The notes under the pieces: model-generated
What the model saw: the letters and a program-made list of their open reading frames with translations, nothing else
What the model was told of the DNA's origin: nothing
Database searches by the model: none
Assembly: GCA_963812605.1 (NCBI GenBank)
Contig: CAWEWF010000014.1
Coordinates: 160,001 to 224,000 of the forward strand
Source: an uncultured Verrucomicrobiae bacterium
Lineage (GTDB): Bacteria > Verrucomicrobiota > Verrucomicrobiia > Palsa-1439
Direction of reading: 5' to 3'
Length of the DNA: 64,000 nucleotides
Translations under genes and position numbers: made by a program
Shown here: positions 43,926-54,465 of the stretch, in pieces
Layout: each line of letters begins with the position of its first letter
Numbering within the stretch: the first letter of the stretch is position 1

Positions 43926-44931
43926 GCTTCTGTTCCTCGGCAGTCGGTTCGTTAACAATGTTCTTTTTGATGGAGTCCTCGAGCAAGACCGAACTTGTCT
44001 TTTCATGCGAGACGAGGTAGATGGGCCGGTCCTGGGTTTCCTCGAGGATGCGTCCCACGTATTCGCAGAGCACGGAGAGAATCAGAAACACGAAGAAGAA
44101 CATGGTCGTTTGCTGGAGCGACGCGGTGGTCCAGCCTTCGGCGACCTTGCGTTTGAAAAGATAGATCGCGACCACATAGAAGAGGTAAAGGAAATTCAGC
44201 ATACTCAGGAGCAGGCCGATCCGGCTAACGATTCGCAGGGGATGGCGGGAATTCGCAATCGCGATTTCCAGCGCGTTGTTCAAATGATCGAGCAGAGTCT
44301 CACGCTCGACGCGTTTGCTACGGTGCTGCGGTTCGTAGGTGAAAAACTCCTGGTTGTAACCCAGCGTGGCGGTAAAAATTCGCAGATACCGGTGGCGGTC
44401 CTTGATGCGGGTGATGGCGTTGACGGCCTGTCGACTCAAGACCCGGTAATCCGTGGAGTTTTCCTTGTAGTCGAAACCGAGGTAACGACGGCAATAGGCA
44501 TGAAAAACCTTGGACCCCTTGTTCGCCAGCCATCCTTGGTGACGCGGCGCCGCCGACACGCCGCAAACGATGCCGCTGCCATTCTGGCATTTCTCCACCA
44601 ACTCGGGGACGAGGGAGACGGGATCGCTGTCGGGAAGCATCACGACGACAAAATCCCCGATGGCCGTCTCGAGGCCGGCAGAGATGGCCACTTCACGTCC
44701 AAACGACTTGGAAAGCGCCAGGTAGCGCACCCGTTCGTAACGCTGTAGGAGCGGGCCGATGACCCGGGAAATGTCATCGGTCGAGCCGTCATCAATCAAC
44801 AGGATCTCATAAAAACCATAGCTCGCTTGCAAAACGTGCGTCAATTCCTCCAAAAACGCCGGCAGAATTTCGGCGTCATTGTTGAGCGGGGCGACGACGG
44901 ATACCACGACGCTGGTATTCTTTTTTTGCAT
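43918..44931 (-). CDS. GT2 glycosyltransferase, GtrB/ArnC-like, with two C-terminal TM helices
   Basis: IDDGSTD, LSKSFGRE.AI.AGL, DYRVLSR, EYVGRILEE...RP.Y. Confidence 0.85.
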   Translation of the reverse strand: MQKKNTSVVVSVVAPLNNDAEILPAFLEELTHVLQASYGFYEILLIDDGSTDDISRVIGPLLQRYERVRYLALSKSFGREVAISAGLETAIGDFVVVMLPDSDPVSLVPELVEKCQNGSGIVCGVSAAPRHQGWLANKGSKVFHAYCRRYLGFDYKENSTDYRVLSRQAVNAITRIKDRHRYLRIFTATLGYNQEFFTYEPQHRSKRVERETLLDHLNNALEIAIANSRHPLRIVSRIGLLLSMLNFLYLFYVVAIYLFKRKVAEGWTTASLQQTTMFFFVFLILSVLCEYVGRILEETQDRPIYLVSHEKTSSVLLEDSIKKNIVNEPTAEEQKRV

Positions 44932-44947
44932 GATTTCAAGAGGGAGA

Positions 44948-46078
44948 TTAATGGCGCACCATCAACCCGATACCGTCCAAATCCTGTGGGATATCATAAA
45001 TGTTGTCAAGCTTGCCGCCCAGGATCGTGACGAGATTCGGGAGCTGGGGGCACTGGTGAAACAGGATGGGCCGGCCGTCATCGAGTTCACTTTGCGGCAG
45101 CAGGGTTTTCACCTCCCACAGTGAGTCACGGTACTGGCATTTGGCCAAACAAGGGAGAAAGCGGGCAGCATCATGAATCATAAACGGCGCGTTGGACACC
45201 TTGGGGCAACGGTCGAAATACTCATAGGCGTCGCGATAGGCATCGGACGACTTGTCGCGCCAATCATGATGCGGCGTGTAGCGCACGTGGCTCAAGGTCC
45301 ACAACCGGCGGTCAGGAAAAGGCATGAAGGAGAAAAACGGTCCGCACATTACGGTGACCGAGCAGTGTTCCAGCTCGGACGGCGCTTCCACCAACGCCAG
45401 TTCCGTCAGTTCGTGCTTCAGAGGCACCAAGGGAAGGTTGGAGCGATGGCGCAAGCGATTGATCTCACTGTAGGTGCAGTTGAAAACCCAATCGGCATCC
45501 AGTTCCAAGGTAGCGCCATCCTTCTTGCATTCCAATTGAAGGCGTCCGTTGGAATCCGCTCGGACCCGGTCGGCAGTCACGCCGAACAAAACTGGAATAC
45601 CCCGGCTGGCCAGTCGTTCGCGCATGATTCGACGGAGAATCGCCGCATCGAACGCATACTCACGGACGGTAAAGACCTCTTCAATCAAGTCGGGATTGAA
45701 TAACTGACGGACACGATCCGGTGCTGGACTGAGCGGGGCGCCCACGCGTTCCATGAACAGCCGAAACTGGCTCGCCGTGACTTTGCTGGCGCCGCGACCG
45801 ATGGCGTAGTATTTCTCGAAATCACTCTTGATACATTCGGAAAAATCCTGGACGAACCGAGGAAAATTGATTCGGGAGCGCACGGCGGTCATCAGGCTTC
45901 GCGGATAATGGTAGCCGGCATGGACGCGCGCTTGATTGTTGTAGGAGGCCCGCAGCAGCAAGTCCGGCTCACGCTCCAGGACCACGACGGAGTTCACGCG
46001 GTCCCTGAGCAACAAAGAAAGGTAGGCGCCAAAGAAACCACCGCCGATGACCACGGCGTCCCACTTAGACTGCTGCAT
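44948..46078 (-). CDS. FAD-dependent oxidoreductase
   Basis: VIGGGFFG, RASYNNQARVHAGYHYPRS. Confidence 0.85.
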   Translation of the reverse strand: MQQSKWDAVVIGGGFFGAYLSLLLRDRVNSVVVLEREPDLLLRASYNNQARVHAGYHYPRSLMTAVRSRINFPRFVQDFSECIKSDFEKYYAIGRGASKVTASQFRLFMERVGAPLSPAPDRVRQLFNPDLIEEVFTVREYAFDAAILRRIMRERLASRGIPVLFGVTADRVRADSNGRLQLECKKDGATLELDADWVFNCTYSEINRLRHRSNLPLVPLKHELTELALVEAPSELEHCSVTVMCGPFFSFMPFPDRRLWTLSHVRYTPHHDWRDKSSDAYRDAYEYFDRCPKVSNAPFMIHDAARFLPCLAKCQYRDSLWEVKTLLPQSELDDGRPILFHQCPQLPNLVTILGGKLDNIYDIPQDLDGIGLMVRH

Positions 46079-46880
46079 AGCATTCCCTGGCGAATTGCAC
46101 GGCGCGCCGCACGTCGTCCAACCCGTCGGCCGGGCGTTTCATCTCGATTGAGACCAGAAGCCCGTAGTTGATTTGCGCAAGCGCCCGCGCCAGGATCGCG
46201 TGTCCTTCCCAGGGCGTTTCGAACCCGGTGAGCATCGGTTGGCTGATATGAACGTGGCCGATGATATCAGCTTGTTCCGTGATGACCTGCTCGACAGCTT
46301 CGCTGTTCATGGCCAGTTCGCCCGCGTCGATTTGCAACCGCAACCCAGGGGAGCTCACCAGTCGCACGATACGGGCCGCATCCACAACATGCGTGAGATA
46401 GTTGCAGCCGTAGGCTGTCGGATTCGGCTCCAGGCAAAACGAGACACGAAGGCCGGCGGCGTGGCGAGCGAGTTCGCCGAAAAATTCCACAGCAATGTGA
46501 TCGGCTTCTGCCGGAGGCATGCCTTCGGGTACGCGGCGATTTTTTGGGGCGCCGAAGACCAGCGCACGAGCGTCGCACGCCGCCGCGAGTTGAGCGATGT
46601 GGACGAGATAGTCGACGCATCGGCGGCGCGGTTCAAGACCATCGAAGATTGTCAGCTCGGGCTTGCCGAAGAGAATCGCCTGAAAAGCAGCCACGGAAAA
46701 ACCTGCGGCTCGCAATTCCACAAGGTAGCGTTGAGCATCCTGTACGACGGCGGTGGATGGATCTGGCCACTTTCGCGAGGGCGCAAGCTCCAAAAGAGAA
46801 ATACCCAGGGTGCGCAGCATGTCGAGAGCCGCGCCATCTTCTTCCGGTGACCAGGCGATGTTGGAGACAGCAAGCTTCAC
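46065..46880 (-). CDS. Sugar phosphate isomerase/epimerase (xylose-isomerase-like TIM barrel)
   Basis: LAVSNIAW, LVFGAP, LEPNP, HVHISQP, SIEM. Confidence 0.85.
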   Translation of the reverse strand: MKLAVSNIAWSPEEDGAALDMLRTLGISLLELAPSRKWPDPSTAVVQDAQRYLVELRAAGFSVAAFQAILFGKPELTIFDGLEPRRRCVDYLVHIAQLAAACDARALVFGAPKNRRVPEGMPPAEADHIAVEFFGELARHAAGLRVSFCLEPNPTAYGCNYLTHVVDAARIVRLVSSPGLRLQIDAGELAMNSEAVEQVITEQADIIGHVHISQPMLTGFETPWEGHAILARALAQINYGLLVSIEMKRPADGLDDVRRAVQFARECYAAV

Positions 46881-47653
46881 GGGGGAGTACTCTGGTGCCG
46901 GGCGACGAATTCACCGATTTCATGCAGGATGGTCTGGCGATCGTAGAGATAACCTCCGATGGTCGAATCCCACAAGTCGGCGTGTTCCGTGCGCATGTCG
47001 TAATTCACAGTGAAGGGTTTGGCCGGGCCGACCCGGTCCTGCTGATGAGGAAAATAATCCTGAATGATGTCCCGGGTTTTTACCGGTTCCGTGGCGATGT
47101 TGAGCAACAAAAGGTTCGCCGCAAGACCTCGTTGAATATCGCTCCAAAGTCGATCCAGCGAGTAATACTGAAACACGCCCTCGGGATTGATCTGTTCCAG
47201 ACAATTGTTGTGGAGCAAATCAAAGATCACATTCTTTTTGAGGCCGCGACCGAAGAGTCCCGGCAAACGAAGGACCAGGCTGCTGGGGAAACGCGCACGG
47301 ATGAATTGCTCAGCCGCATATCGATGCTTTCCATAGGCATGGTTTTCACCGGTGATCGGGGTCATTTCGGTTACGCGAACCGGGGTGGGATAGACGTCGA
47401 CCGTCGAGATGAGAATGAATCGGCGCGCCTGAATAGTGTCGAGCAGGGCCAGTAATTTCTGGATGGCTGCCCAGTCGGCTTCCGGGTTCTGATTGGCCCA
47501 CCATTTTTTCGCCTGGATTCCCGTGCAGACGACCGAATCAAAAGCGCCGCCCCGCATTTCTTCGATGGTCGTCGAGTTGAAGAGCGCCGGAAACTTGTGC
47601 TGGTTGACGAGGTTCGAACCAACAAACCCTGTATGACCGATAAGTGCGTCCAT
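46877..47653 (-). CDS. NAD-dependent epimerase/dehydratase family protein
   Basis: GHTGFVG, ISTVDVY, YGKHR, RLPGLFG. Confidence 0.85.
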   Translation of the reverse strand: MDALIGHTGFVGSNLVNQHKFPALFNSTTIEEMRGGAFDSVVCTGIQAKKWWANQNPEADWAAIQKLLALLDTIQARRFILISTVDVYPTPVRVTEMTPITGENHAYGKHRYAAEQFIRARFPSSLVLRLPGLFGRGLKKNVIFDLLHNNCLEQINPEGVFQYYSLDRLWSDIQRGLAANLLLLNIATEPVKTRDIIQDYFPHQQDRVGPAKPFTVNYDMRTEHADLWDSTIGGYLYDRQTILHEIGEFVARHQSTPP

Positions 47654-47803
47654 CCGTTCCCGACTATACTTTTCGCGAGCATGGATTCACAAGTTGAAAG
47701 GGAGGTGCCGCCGGTGGAAACCAGGACGTGGAAATGGTATACTACTTGATTCGAGTTGACTTGAAGCAGCGAGTTGTTCGATAAGAAAAGCGCCTTTTTA
47801 CAC

Positions 47804-48121
47804 ATGCCGACATACGAATACGAATGCCAGAAGTGCGGGCATCACTATGAGTTGTACCAATCGATCAAGGATGGGCCGAAGCGGGCCTGTCCGAAGTGTC
47901 ATGGTCGCGTGAAACGGTTGCTGGGGACGGGCGCCGGGCTGATCTTCAAGGGCTCAGGATTTTACACGACGGATTATCGAAAGCCCAGCTACACAGAAGG
48001 CGCGAAGAAGGATAGCAGCGCCACGCCCACCCCGGCTGCCAATTCGAAGACGACCCCGGCAAAACCGGCCAGCACACCGGCGAAATCCGGTGATGCCAAG
48101 GGAACGACAAAGAAGGATTAA
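47804..48121 (+). CDS. FmdB family zinc-ribbon protein
   Basis: MPTYEYECQKCG...CPKC...FKGSGFYTTDY. Confidence 0.92.
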   Translation: MPTYEYECQKCGHHYELYQSIKDGPKRACPKCHGRVKRLLGTGAGLIFKGSGFYTTDYRKPSYTEGAKKDSSATPTPAANSKTTPAKPASTPAKSGDAKGTTKKD

Positions 48122-48124
48122 CCC

Positions 48125-48859
48125 ATGGTCATTTGTTCAAAATGCGGGTACGACAACGAATTGGGCCGCATCTTTTGCCATTCCTGTGGCGCCAAACTCA
48201 ATCTCAGTGAAATCAAATCCCCCAGCCAGGGCGGCAAGGATCTAACCAGGAAAAAGAAGAGGAAAGGGGCGATGCTTGCGCGGTTGATCCAGATTGTGAT
48301 CGCGCTGGCAATCGTTGTGACACTCGTTCTCGTCCTGCAGGTGCCGGCGTTGCGCCCCATCAGCACCTCAAGCGAGGATCTGACGTCGATCGACAAGAAG
48401 CGTTTCGAATTGGATGGGCTTAACCTGCAGAAAGCTCCGCAGACGATCTCCATCAGCGAGACGGAGTTGAATGCCTTCGTTGACACGCTGGGCCTGCAGA
48501 AGAGCGAAGCCAAGGGCGTGTCCATAATTCCGAGCAAACTGCAGATCGAGCTTGGCGATGGTTTTGTGACGGCGATATTCATCAGCAAGATCCATTTGGG
48601 CGGCTCGTTTGAGAAGCAACTTTACCTCACCTATTCGGGAGTCCCCACCATGGAGGGGGGCCATCTGGTCTTCAAACCCACCGCTGGCGCGATAGGGTCC
48701 CTGCCGATTCATCCGCTAATTCTGGAAAAAACCGGCGTCTTCGATCGCATTTATGGCAGGCTCTTTGGAAATCTGGGCCCGGAGAGACAGATGCTTGATG
48801 CCCTCGCTTCGATTGCGGTGACGCCGAAAGAAGTGTTGCTGACGTATCAGCCGCACTAA
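48125..48859 (+). CDS. Zinc-ribbon membrane protein
   Basis: CSKCG......FCHSCG, basic stretch, one TM helix, periplasmic domain. Confidence 0.75.
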   Translation: MVICSKCGYDNELGRIFCHSCGAKLNLSEIKSPSQGGKDLTRKKKRKGAMLARLIQIVIALAIVVTLVLVLQVPALRPISTSSEDLTSIDKKRFELDGLNLQKAPQTISISETELNAFVDTLGLQKSEAKGVSIIPSKLQIELGDGFVTAIFISKIHLGGSFEKQLYLTYSGVPTMEGGHLVFKPTAGAIGSLPIHPLILEKTGVFDRIYGRLFGNLGPERQMLDALASIAVTPKEVLLTYQPH

Positions 48860-48875
48860 GCCGTTCGCGGCGGCC

Positions 48876-50213
48876 ATGAACGCGCGATCTTTGAACTGGT
48901 TTCTCGCAGTCGCCGCCATTGCGCTCCTGCAGTTCCACGCCGGCGACGCGGACGGGGCGTCCGCCGTCACGAATGTTCTCTCCAGCACCCTCAGCGCCTC
49001 GCGGCAGTTCGCCGCTTATGCCGAGAATCCGCTGCTGCCGTCCGCCTTGTGCGTGTACGCGGAGCGCGTGAAACGCGAGTGGCTGCGACGGATGGATGTG
49101 GCCGATAATTGGCGGGATCCGATTCTGCTCGTGGTCCGCGCCCGTGAGCCCGCGCAAACCAACGCCCCCCCGGTCTCGATGGCGGTGTACCAGACGGATG
49201 CGCACCTCAAGTATCAGATTCGCTGCCTGGTGCCACCGCCGCTTGACGAAGCCGAGTTGTTGGCGACGATGGTCGAGGCCCTGTCTTCGGAATGGGCGAA
49301 CCGTGGGCAACCGCTGGTTCGTGGCCAGTTGTACGCGACGCCCGAGATGCCGTTGTGGCTGGTGGAGGGGCTGGCGGCGTCGATTCAAGGTCGTTTCGAC
49401 CCGCTCTTGTCGATCGCGCGACGATCCGTAGCGGCGGGCCGCCCGCAACAAGCGGCGGAGGTGTTGGGCGTCAAGGTTCTTCCGGTCGACACGACGGATC
49501 GGCAACTATTTCAGGCCAACGCGTGGATGTTTACGGAAAGTCTTCTGGCGATGCCCGATGGTTCACGAAAGCTGAGAAATTTCCTGACGGAACTCGGCGC
49601 GCAAAAGGCGGCCAGTAATGCGTTCTGGACGGTCTATCGACAGGATTTTACACAGAGCACGACGCTCGAGAAATGGTGGAGCCTGGAACAGGCTCGGCGC
49701 ACCTCAGTGACCGTGGCGCAGGACCTCTCCGCTGAGGAAACGGTGCGGGAACTCGACGCAATTTTGATCGTGAAACTTGGGCTGACCAATGGAGCCAAGG
49801 GTGTGCGCCAGAAAACGGAGACAACCATCGACCGTCTTTGGGAGTACGCCGAAGAACCCTGGCTGAAGGACGTGCTAAAACTCAAGATCGACCACCTGGG
49901 CGCTTTGCGCAGCCAGGCGCACCCCTCCTATCAGCCGGTGCTGGATGAATATATCGAAGCGCTGAAGTGGCTCTTTCAGGGCAGCGTCGTTCGCTTTCGC
50001 CGTACGCTAAAACATGCCGCCGCCATGCAAGCTGCCGCCGAAAAGCAGTCGCGAGCGGTTGCCGCCTACTTGGACCAGGCCGAGCGCGCCTATGCACCGG
50101 AAGAGCTTTCCAAAGTGTTCCATGACTACTTCCAGACTTTCGACCAGGTGCAAAAGCTGGATGAGGAACGGCGCAGTCCCATCAGCGATTACCTCGACAA
50201 GTTTGATCACTGA
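48876..50213 (+). CDS. Hypothetical exported protein, possibly a degenerate gluzincin-like fold
   Basis: Signal peptide; PLWLVEGLA motif but no HExxH. Confidence 0.6.
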   Translation: MNARSLNWFLAVAAIALLQFHAGDADGASAVTNVLSSTLSASRQFAAYAENPLLPSALCVYAERVKREWLRRMDVADNWRDPILLVVRAREPAQTNAPPVSMAVYQTDAHLKYQIRCLVPPPLDEAELLATMVEALSSEWANRGQPLVRGQLYATPEMPLWLVEGLAASIQGRFDPLLSIARRSVAAGRPQQAAEVLGVKVLPVDTTDRQLFQANAWMFTESLLAMPDGSRKLRNFLTELGAQKAASNAFWTVYRQDFTQSTTLEKWWSLEQARRTSVTVAQDLSAEETVRELDAILIVKLGLTNGAKGVRQKTETTIDRLWEYAEEPWLKDVLKLKIDHLGALRSQAHPSYQPVLDEYIEALKWLFQGSVVRFRRTLKHAAAMQAAAEKQSRAVAAYLDQAERAYAPEELSKVFHDYFQTFDQVQKLDEERRSPISDYLDKFDH

Positions 50214-52814
50214 AGCGCGCGCAGCAGCGCCTGCATTTTCTCCCGTTGCTCCCGCAACTGCTGCTGCCGCTCGCGCTCGCGCTGCACCGCGATGGGCGCG
50301 GCTCGGCTGGTAAAATTCTCATTGGCCAACTTTGCTTCCGTCGTGGCGAGTTGCTTTTCGGTATCCGCCAGTTGCCTGGTGAGGCGCTCGCGTTCGGCTT
50401 GGGGATCGACAGCGCCGACCATGAAAACGGTTGCCGCCGGCGTCACCAGGCTCGGTGTCAGGCCCGTTGGCTGGTAGTCCGATTCGATGGTCAAATTTTC
50501 CGCCGAGAGGATCTGCGTGAGAAATGGAATCTCTGCCGCAATGAAGTCTGAATGACGACTCGGTTTGATGACGAAAGAGACTTTTTGGCGAGGTTCAATC
50601 CCGTGGTCGCTGCGCAGTTGCCTGCCGGCAGTCACGATGTCGTATAAATCCCGTACCTTCGGCATGATGTCGATAGCGGCGGGATCAACCACATCGGCTT
50701 TTGGCCACGGGGCAAACTGGATGGTCTCCGAACCGTATCCCATGCCGCGCCAAAGTTCTTCCGTGATAAAGGGAGCGAACGGATGCAACATGCGCAACGT
50801 GGCGCCGAAGACGGTATCGAGGACGGCGATGTTGGGAGAGACTTTGCTGGCCTCGATGTACCAATCGCAGAAGTCGCCCCAGACAAAATCGTAGAGTTGC
50901 TTCGCCGCCTCGTTAAATTTGTACGCATCGAGGGAGATTGCCACTCGCGAGACGGTGTTCGCGAGCGCCCCGAGGATATTCTGGTCATGCGCGTTGGGCG
51001 GACGTGCTGGTGGATTAGTGGCGCGCTGCATCTGGATGAAGCGCGCGGCGTTCCAGAGCTTGTTCATGAAGTTGCGGCCAACTTCGCAGCGCTTCTCATC
51101 GAACAGAATGTCCTGACCCTGCGGCGCGATGAGCATCAGGCCGAAACGCAGTCCGTCCGCGCCGTACTTCGCGATGAGATCGAGCGGGTCAGGTGAATTG
51201 CCGAGCGATTTCGACATCTTGCGGCCTTGCGTGTCACGGATGATGCCGGTGAAGTACACATTCCCGAATGGCTTCTCGTCCATGTACTCGTATCCCGCCA
51301 TGATCATGCGCGCGACCCAAAGAAAGATAATGTCGGGCCCGGTGACGAGATCGGTTGTCGGGTAGAACCTCTTCAATGCCTCGGTCTTCTCCGGCCATCC
51401 CATCGTGGCAAACGGCCAGAGCCAGGAACTGAACCAGGTGTCGAGTACGTCGGGGTCTTGTGTCCAGCCGCCATCCCTCGGAGCTTCAAGGCCACAGTAG
51501 ACCTCCTTGCCGCGATACCAGACGGGGATGCGATGGCCCCACCAGAGTTGGCGGCTGAGGCACCAATCTCTGATGTTGCGCATCCAATGCATGTAGGTCT
51601 TCGTCCAACGCTCCGGGTAGAATTGGATCTCCTCCTTTTCGAGTGCATCGATGGAGCGGGGAACTTGCGGGTACTTGAGGAACCACTGTTCGCTCAGGTA
51701 CGGTTCGATGGGCACTTCGGTGCGTTCGCTGTGGCCGACATTATGCTCGTACGGCTCGGTTTTGAGGAGGAAACCAGCTTCCGTAAGTTCGTTCACAACG
51801 GCGAGGCGCGCTTCCATGCGGTCGAGGCCCGTGAACGGTTCGCCGGCTTCCTCGGTCATCCTGCCGTCCGGCCCGATGACGACGGTGAAAGGCAAATCGT
51901 GGCGCAGTGCCATTTCGTAATCGGCAACATCGTGTGCGGGCGTGACTTTCACGCAGCCCGTGCCGAATTTCGGATCAACCGCTTCATCGGCGATGACGGG
52001 AATCGGTTTGTTCTTCAACGGCAGCAGCAATTGCTTGCCGATCAGGTGTTGGTAACGGGGGTCGCTCGGGATTCACCGCAACCGCTTCGTCACCAAGCAT
52101 CGTTTCGGGGCGCGTGGTGGCGACGACGATAAATTCATCGCAGGCAGGGACGCCTGCGCCACCAGAACCCTCTTTTATGATCGGGTATTTGATGTGCCAG
52201 AGGCTTCCCGTCACCGTCTTCATGATGACTTCTTCGTCGCTCAAGGCGGTGCGGCTGACGGGGTCCCAGTTGACCATGCGTTTGCCGCGATAGATCAGGC
52301 CCTTCTTGTAGAGATCGACGAAGACCTGCAGGACGCAGCGCGAGTACGCCTCGTCCATCGTGAAGCGTTCCCGGGTCCAATCGCACGAGCAACCCAGCTT
52401 CTTGAGCTGCTGGATGATGATGCCGCCGTGCTTCTCTTTCCATTCCCAGATTTTTTCGACAAATTTTTCACGGCCCAGGTCGTCGCGATGCTTGATGACG
52501 CCCTGTTTGCGCAGCGTCTTCTCGACGACTGTTTGTGTCGCGATCCCCGCGTGGTCGGTGCCAGGCAGCCAGAGGACTTCAAAGCCCTGCATGCGTTTGC
52601 GGCGGGCGAGGATGTCCTGGAGGGTATTGTTGAGCACATGGCCCATCGTCAACACGCCGGTCACATTGGGTGGCGGGATGACGATTGAATAGGCGGGCTT
52701 TGCGGAGGCCGGGTCAGCGGTGAAGCAACCCTTCGCCAGCCAGTCGGCGTACCACTTATCCTCCACGAGCTTCGGCTCGTAGGTCTTCGAAATCTCTGTC
52801 GGGGCAGCGCTCAT
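50207..52814 (-). CDS. valS: Valine--tRNA ligase (frameshift near 52050)
   Basis: [38 protein letters not shown]-terminal coiled coil. Confidence 0.97.
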
Positions 52815-52918
52815 GCGGCGAGAAACTATGCGAACAGAACGACCGATTGGCAAGCCCTGAAAACTCCGGGCAGCGAGGCATACTTGCGCGCCGGTGCGCT
52901 TGTGTGTAGTCTGAGACC

Positions 52919-53393
52919 ATGACCAATGAGGAACGCAAGCCGATCGTCAAGGAACTGCTGGCCAAGGGGCTCACGCTTTCCCAAATCCAGGATTATTTCC
53001 ACAAGGAGAAGAACGACCCGATCAAGTATATGGATTTGCGGCTGTTGTTGTCCGAGATGCCGGACGCCCAGTTGCCGGAAAAGGAATTGCTGAAGACCGT
53101 GTTGCCACCGGCCGCTCCCGCAGCCGGCGCGGGCCGGAAAGCCTGTCCCAAACGACGCGGAGCCGGGAGCCGCCGGCAAGCTTTCGATCAGTGTCGATCA
53201 AGCCCCCGCACCGGGCTCGATGCTGAGCGGGTATGCGCGATTCGCCTCCGGCGCCAAGGCGCATTGGTTCCTCGATGAGATGGGACGTTTGGGACTCGAG
53301 CCCGAACTGGGTTCCAGCAAACCGACGGCACCGGACATGCAGGAGTTCAGCGCGGAACTGCGCCGCATGTTGCAACAAACGGGTGGAATGTAG
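52919..53393 (+). CDS. Conserved hypothetical protein (frameshift near 53140)
   Basis: GLTLSQIQ...YMDLRLLL, continuing [32 protein letters not shown]...LQQTGGM*. Confidence 0.7.
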
Positions 53394-53408
53394 TCCGCAC
53401 ATCCGTGG

Positions 53409-53971
53409 TTAGAGAAACTCCGAGCGCAAGATCCCGTAGGCTTCGATGTCCAAGAACTCTCCCCACTTTTTCACATGCTGGCGGTGACGACCTTCGTGGC
53501 GCATGCCGACTTTTTGCATGACGCGACCCGAGGCCGGGTTGCGGCTGAAATGGTGAGCATGAACGCGGTTCAGGCGAAGTTCGGTGAACGCAAAATGTAA
53601 AACCACACGCGCGGCCTCCGTGCAATAGCCGCGGTTCCAATACGGTTTTCCAATCCAGTAACCCAACTCCCCATTCCCCTGATCGAGCTTGAGGACAAGG
53701 CCGATGCAGCCGATCAATTCGCCGCTTTCCTTCCGGGTAATGGCAAAGACGACTCCTTCGCCCTTGTCGAAGCGTTCCTGATGCGAACGCAATCCACGTC
53801 TCCGCCATACCCGTCTTCGTAGGGGTGAGGAACGTGCTATGTCGTCATGGCGGCGACATCGCGGTCGCCGGCGAGGAGTTGCACGCGGGGCGCGTCACTC
53901 AATTCAAACGGACGAAGCACAAGCTGTTCGGTCTCAAGCGTGGGGCGTTTCTTTATGGACGGTGTCGCCAA
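53409..53971 (-). CDS. RimJ/RimL-type GNAT N-acetyltransferase (frameshifted)
   Basis: LETEQLVLRPF...PHPY..., ELGYWIGKPYWNRGY, NPASGRVMQKVGM. Confidence 0.85.
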
Positions 53972-54456
53972 GCCGCACCTCTCCTCCTTGAATTACGCGC
54001 GCGAGCACGCCGCGCAGATGCAGTCGCCAAACCTTCCGTCGTATAGGTGAGATCCAGCACGGCTTTTCCATAGCGCCGTTCGAATTTGCTGCAACCCGTA
54101 TGCGGGGAATCGGTGACTTCCAGCACGGCCTGGCCGATCCGCAGACGTGTGCCGGGGGGAACATTATCCTCATGCAGATCGAGATCCACGATCAAGTTAT
54201 CGCCCGCCAGATTCATGCGCTCGTCGCCGTCGGAAATCGCTTCGAGAAAGCGCGAGTTCATGACTGACACTTGCATGAGCAAATTGCGGTTGGACTTCAG
54301 TCCCCACCGGTCACCGACCACGCCGTGTTCCGGGGTGAGCATCGCCTGTTGTGGCGTATGGCGTTGTTCGTTCGGCAGCCGCAGGACAATGCGCTTCAAC
54401 ACGCCGACGTCTTTTGGGCTGGCGCGAACCAGGTCAAGGAGAGCACGCGAATCCAT
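53934..54456 (-). CDS. MOSC domain protein (frameshift near 54045)
   Basis: GVVGDRW, GDNLIVD, LEVTDSPHTGCSKF, LRGVLARVIQGGEVRLGD. Confidence 0.8.
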
Positions 54457-54465
54457 GTGGCGATG

